Source of the DNA: an uncultured Bdellovibrionales bacterium
Lineage (GTDB): Bacteria; Bdellovibrionota_C; UBA2361; SZUA-149; DAOLCO01
Assembly (NCBI GenBank): GCA_964472005.1
Contig: CAYYIQ010000002.1
Span: 1 to 37,605, forward strand
Length of the DNA stretch: 37,605 nucleotides
Reading direction: 5' to 3'
In this document: positions 34,993 to 37,605 of the stretch, in pieces
How the letters are laid out: the number at the start of each line of letters is the position of its first letter
Position numbering within the stretch: position 1 is the first letter of the stretch
Notes under the pieces: generated by a model
Seen by the model: the letters and a program-made list of their open reading frames with translations, nothing else
Databases searched by the model: none
What the model was told of the DNA's origin: nothing
Position numbers and translations under genes: made by a program

Positions 34993-35331
34993 ATGAAAAG
35001 TTTTGCCTGTTATTTAATTGCGATTGGAATATCTGCTGGTGCATTTGGTGCCCACTCTTTACGGCACTCAATTACACCCGAAAGATTGGATGTTTTCAAT
35101 ACAGCTGTTTTTTATCAAATTACAATTTCCATATTATTGCTGAATTTTATCAATATGAATAGTATCTCCTCAAAAGTAACACTGACTTTGGCAGCTGGGA
35201 TCATCATATTTTCAGGATCTTTATATACGTTGGTTTTATTTGACCTACCATGGTTAGGAGCCATCACTCCGGTTGGCGGGCTTTTAATGATTTTGTCGAT
35301 AGTTGCTGCGGGTTTTAAAATTAAAAATTAA
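34993..35331 (+). CDS. DUF423 family small membrane protein (YgdD-like)
   Basis: 112 aa with four hydrophobic helices and the GAFGAH motif near the end of TM1. Confidence 0.7.
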   Translation: MKSFACYLIAIGISAGAFGAHSLRHSITPERLDVFNTAVFYQITISILLLNFINMNSISSKVTLTLAAGIIIFSGSLYTLVLFDLPWLGAITPVGGLLMILSIVAAGFKIKN

Positions 35332-35382
35332 ACACTTCGTCAAAAGAAATAAGACGGGCACAGGTAATCTTCGAAATTTGCT

Positions 35383-35940
35383 TCAAATCAGCAGGTTTTT
35401 CCCCATGGCGAGTAGTAGTATATTAGGAAAGAGTCCAATTACGCTACCAAATGTTACCATCAATGGCCTAATTCCGATTTGTCCTAAAGCGATATTTACG
35501 ATTGTGTATGGTGCAACTGGAACATGTCGAAGAAAAGCTACCGAAGCTATTGAGCGGAACTCCACCCAGAGTTTTCGCTCCTCGGAGAAACTCAACATTT
35601 TCTCCCTTAAAATTGTTATAGTTTTAGATTTTAAATCAAAGGCTCCCCTATCTCCTAAAAAAGCTCCGAAGTAACTTGAAATACCAATGCCAAGTAGTAG
35701 CGAAGGCACACTGATATCGTGATTTACAAAAAGAATTGTAGAGATAGTAACAAGTGGAACTGGGACGAAAAAAAGTAATAGTAAAGAAGTTAAAAGAGAA
35801 ACTGCTAAGAAAACCAAAACTAAATCGTTTTCAATAGATAGTCCTAATAAATTTTCCAAAAAGTATGGGAAAATTTGGTCAACAATGTCCTTAATAAGAA
35901 CTACAAATCGACTATTCTTTATATAATCAAAGTAAACCAT
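35383..35940 (-). CDS. TVP38/TMEM64 (VTT domain, DedA-superfamily-like) membrane protein
   Basis: 185 aa. The pattern FLRHVPVAPYTIVNIALGQIGIRPL.VTF.GSVIGLFP matches the R..P..P....N...G.......F......G..P VTT-domain motif. The ATG directly abuts the stop of the upstream gene (TAGATG). Confidence 0.6.
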   Translation of the reverse strand: MVYFDYIKNSRFVVLIKDIVDQIFPYFLENLLGLSIENDLVLVFLAVSLLTSLLLLFFVPVPLVTISTILFVNHDISVPSLLLGIGISSYFGAFLGDRGAFDLKSKTITILREKMLSFSEERKLWVEFRSIASVAFLRHVPVAPYTIVNIALGQIGIRPLMVTFGSVIGLFPNILLLAMGKNLLI

Positions 35941-36453
35941 CTATTTGTTAATCTCTTCATAATAGGATGCTCTTAATCGTTCCAGGTATTCCCCAGAAAA
36001 TTTACCTTGTACCAGCCCATTCTCATGGTGATGCTCCCAACTTGTCACACATTCTACCAATGATGTGATATCTATTTTTCTTTGAAGAACAAGTATTACC
36101 CTTTTTAATCTTCGATAGAACATTTCAATCCTTTGAGAAGCACAAAGTCTCTCAAAATGTATTTCGCAATATGCGGGTTTCTGATTTCTATTTCGAACTC
36201 TTCCAAGGGAACAAACAAATTCAACTGTCGGATCATCCGTATTTACATTTGCGACTAAGCCTACCAAGCAGAATGCCCCCTTATTAGAAAGTCCCAATTG
36301 TTCTAGTTTTGAAACTATTGGGAGAATTTCAACGACATTTTTAAATTGGTTGAGATCAGACGTATTACGAATCTTTTGAAACCCTTTGCAATCAGGTCCC
36401 AATTCCTCATGCCACATCTTTAAAACTGACGATACTTTTTCTTGATTAGACAT
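35941..36453 (-). CDS. Small helical protein with a Cse2/CasB-like sequence pattern (tentative); otherwise hypothetical
   Basis: 170 aa. W..EL...C..FQKIRN.SD (E. coli CasB has W..L....CAQIRRVSE), then SLGR, then E.HFERL...Q..EM..RRLKR...L.....ID...L...V..W. This mirrors the CasB SLGR...ERR.FQL......M..LRRL.......LDW..L....W pattern as I remember it. No other cas genes are nearby. Confidence 0.3.
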   Translation of the reverse strand: MSNQEKVSSVLKMWHEELGPDCKGFQKIRNTSDLNQFKNVVEILPIVSKLEQLGLSNKGAFCLVGLVANVNTDDPTVEFVCSLGRVRNRNQKPAYCEIHFERLCASQRIEMFYRRLKRVILVLQRKIDITSLVECVTSWEHHHENGLVQGKFSGEYLERLRASYYEEINK

Positions 36454-36564
36454 CTAGTTCCCACCAAATAATAATACTTCACAGTCTCAAACCGAAGGAT
36501 AATCAAAATAATTCTTATTAAAATCTCAAATAGTTGGTTTTAGCTACCCACAATCTCGTCGATG

Positions 36565-37209
36565 CTAACTATGTAAATCTTTTTCCAATTCCGTTTCTGA
36601 ATGGATTATGTCTTCAGTTCCTTGGTCTGGAACTTCTTCTGATTGATCATATTTAACACCTTCTGCAACTATCCTTGTTAACAACTCCTGTAGGCCAATT
36701 GCAGAATCTCTACTAAGTCCGCTAATGCGGCCATAATTGTAAGACATATCGTTCGCCGTTGAAAAATTGAGGTTATAAAGAAAAAATATTAAATCCAACC
36801 ACCCGCGATTCATATAGAGATCGGTAATTTTATTAAGGGGGTAAGAACTACGTCGTTTAGTAAACACACCTTGTACGATAATCAAACTTCCCGAATCCAT
36901 TCCATAATAATAACTCGCATGAAAAAGTTCATGATAAATCGACATTAAGGAAATCACCAACAACCCACCAAAAAAAATGTTAAAAATCAATTTTGACAAG
37001 ATATCAAAGAAAAGACCGTCATCGATATTATCTGTAATATTCTCACCAAGCTGAAAAAAAGCAATGGTTAAAATGATTACATAGCCCGCAATGAAAACAA
37101 ATTCATTTCTCAGTGTATTGCGCCAGGGCCTCGGAAAATGCTGTCTCAAATCTACCGAGAAGTCCTTTGCTCCCAAGGCGTCTGAATAGTCAAAAGTATA
37201 TCCCATCAC
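36565..37209 (-). CDS. Membrane protein with a bacterial PH domain (bPH_2 / DUF304, YdbS/YdbT-like)
   Basis: 214 aa. Two TM helices, then the pattern Y....SGSLIIVQGVFTKRRSSYPLNKITDL......LD.IF.LYNL typical of the membrane-flanked PH-like domain. Confidence 0.55.
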   Translation of the reverse strand: MMGYTFDYSDALGAKDFSVDLRQHFPRPWRNTLRNEFVFIAGYVIILTIAFFQLGENITDNIDDGLFFDILSKLIFNIFFGGLLVISLMSIYHELFHASYYYGMDSGSLIIVQGVFTKRRSSYPLNKITDLYMNRGWLDLIFFLYNLNFSTANDMSYNYGRISGLSRDSAIGLQELLTRIVAEGVKYDQSEEVPDQGTEDIIHSETELEKDLHS

Positions 37210-37243
37210 ACTCCAATATATAACTATCTACCTATAAGTCGCA

Positions 37244-37552
37244 CTATTCCCTCTCGTCGTCGATGATTGGGGTGGGAATCTTTTTTTCATCCAACTTTCC
37301 CTTTGGAGCCAGGGCATCAGCGACCGCAAGTGCCATTTTATGGCCACGAGTAGATGTGGTCCAATGAGTTTCATCTTCATCTGTCCCAATCTTTTTAGAA
37401 TGATCGGGTAGGGTTTCATTTTCCCTTTCAACCTCATCATTCGCATATTGGTCAATTGTAACTACTGGCTGCATGAACAGAAGGATTAAAAATGAAACAA
37501 TAGCAATTGTAGCAAAAATTGCGATACGTATAGTTGGTCCTACAATTTTCAT
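37244..37552 (-). CDS. Small N-terminally anchored membrane protein with an acidic tail (102 aa), hypothetical
   Basis: Open frame with one N-terminal hydrophobic helix (IRIAIFATIAIVSFLILLF). It ends 34 nt upstream of the bPH gene on the same strand. Confidence 0.45.
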   Translation of the reverse strand: MKIVGPTIRIAIFATIAIVSFLILLFMQPVVTIDQYANDEVERENETLPDHSKKIGTDEDETHWTTSTRGHKMALAVADALAPKGKLDEKKIPTPIIDDERE

Positions 37553-37605
37553 AAAACTATAAACCCATTTGATTTACATGATAGTACTACCACCTTGGTC
37601 ATTAA

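Noticed and set aside
1-37605. Searched by eye for CRISPR repeat arrays, IS or transposase and integrase genes, rRNA, tmRNA, RNase P and long dispersed repeats, and asked whether tRNA-Tyr flanks an integrated element.
   Set aside because: No regularly spaced direct repeats, no recombinase-like ORFs, and no conserved ncRNA signatures recognised. The genes next to the tRNA are core housekeeping genes.

Overview
This is an AT-rich chromosomal segment from a diderm (Gram-negative) bacterium. The mix of lipid A genes, a CPHGRP-type MutL, a giant NAD-GDH and CsrA would fit a Bdellovibrionota- or deltaproteobacteria-like organism, but I cannot verify the taxon. I support about 31 protein genes and one tRNA. 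Most are housekeeping: tRNA-Tyr; a minus-strand run hldC-mutL-miaA-accA; a translationally coupled lipid A/LPS operon (Gfo/Idh/MocA oxidoreductase-lpxB-msbA-waaA); a ~1570 aa NAD-specific glutamate dehydrogenase; crcB overlapping a GT-C type membrane glycosyltransferase; a YitT-family gene and dinB; otsA plus an otsB-GH15 fusion; pdxH and a CaCA antiporter. I saw no CRISPR array, transposase, integrase or rRNA. The strongest finding is a natural single-chain tandem CsrA at 33628-33969, with two CsrA folds in one polypeptide and GGA-containing leader structures. Next is a full-length WaaA fused in frame to a signal/lipobox-like helix plus a ten-cysteine domain at 8348-8929. Third is a solo Cse2/CasB-like small protein, translationally coupled to a TVP38/DedA-like membrane protein within a cluster of small membrane proteins (35383-37552). 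Other points of interest are a divergent UPRT-like phosphoribosyltransferase with an abutting 24-codon uORF, a C10/G10 homopolymer upstream of a lipoprotein gene, and several long non-coding spacers carrying orphan terminator-like hairpins. All homology calls come from motif recognition by eye. No database search was run.
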